A stretch of DNA of 63,859 nucleotides, counting the filler, from Octopus bimaculoides (lineage: Eukaryota): assembly GCF_001194135.2 (NCBI RefSeq). It is 5 parts of 4 records of this genome, joined end to end, with 100 filler letters (N's around TTAATTAATTAA, not from the genome) between each part and the next. Parts side by side here need not be neighbours in the genome. Positions count along the whole stretch, not along the records: positions 56,530 to 63,859 come from NC_068981.1; 4 more parts are not named here. One strand, 5' to 3'. Positions within the stretch are counted from its first letter, which is position 1. Every line of letters starts with the position of its first letter. The notes beneath the pieces were generated by a model. That model saw only the letters and a program-made list of their open reading frames with translations, was not told the DNA's origin and did no database searches. The position numbers and the translations under genes are program-made. Shown here piece after piece: positions 63,260-63,859 of the stretch.

Positions 63260-63562
63260 GAAAACTAAAGATATATTTAACGTTAATCCCCTCTACGTTT
63301 AGATTTCGAAATTCCACCGGCGTCCATTTTCGCCATCATCTTGCTGGTACACGAAATCAAAATTAATAAAAATATATATCCAGAGAATACAGTGTACTTT
63401 AATTATTCGGTAACACTATCCCCCAAAAATCCTCCCAAATAAATGTAGGATAAGCTTAAGAATCATTTCTCCTTTCTATTACATATTCTAGTTTATTTCT
63501 TTCTTACTCCATTTCTTTTCTTTTAGGTAATAACTCCAGACCTATTTATATATCACCACCTG

Positions 63563-63612
<50 letters not shown>

Positions 63613-63614
<2 letters not shown>

Positions 63615-63859
63615 GGAATTTTCAACACTCTCTCTCCACACAGATGACTTGGTGATGATACCGAGTTATCTTGGACAGAGAGTGACGAAGGTGACAGTAA
63701 AGAATGTCCCTTCACAAGTGGAAACACAGTGGATAGTAGGTTCTATATGCCTCGAAATGGAGGAGGCAAATATATTAGAAATTGCTACTGCAGAGGAGAA
63801 AAACTGGGAAGGGGGAAAAAAAGTCGAAGTCCTCCTCCACATCACTGAAGAGGAGTGCC
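63613..63859 (+). mobile_element. Probable Tx1/L1-like LINE ORF1 fragment, 5'-truncated at a (TATC)n tract
   Basis: EFSTLSLHTDDLVMIPSYLGQRVTKVTV then (one frameshift) QVETQWIVGSICLEMEEANILEIATAEEKNWEGGKKVEVLLH; ORF1 call is from recalled similarity to octopus LINE ORF1s. Confidence 0.5.

Overview
AT-rich, microsatellite-dense animal genomic DNA with many assembly gaps. The repeat families (tRNA-SINEs with internal TA/TG microsatellites, RTE-tailed repeats, Penelope-like elements, mariner MITEs) look like those I recall from octopus genomes, but the species call is inference. I could not identify any intact host protein-coding gene, tRNA, rRNA or CRISPR array; nearly all ORF-track entries are microsatellite, N-gap or transposon artefacts. 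The window is a transposon graveyard: several mariner/maT remnants and MITEs, hAT fragments, RTE, Tx1-like and R4/Dong-like LINE pieces, at least four Penelope-like (PLE) remnants and several SINE families. Most interesting observations: (1) a PLE copy whose terminal repeat combines a tRNA-like Pol III head with a minimal hammerhead ribozyme core and an inverted terminal repeat, plus a second hammerhead family; (2) several unrelated retroelements whose junctions sit in specific microsatellites ((TAA)n, (TATC)n, (TATG)n), suggesting microsatellite targeting; (3) a roughly tenfold CpG-density step near 31 kb, suggesting a methylated gene body on the left and unmethylated DNA on the right; (4) nested insertions (LINE<hAT MITE<SINE; a SINE split by a DNA transposon with a palindromic junction); (5) long hairpins and inverted duplications.
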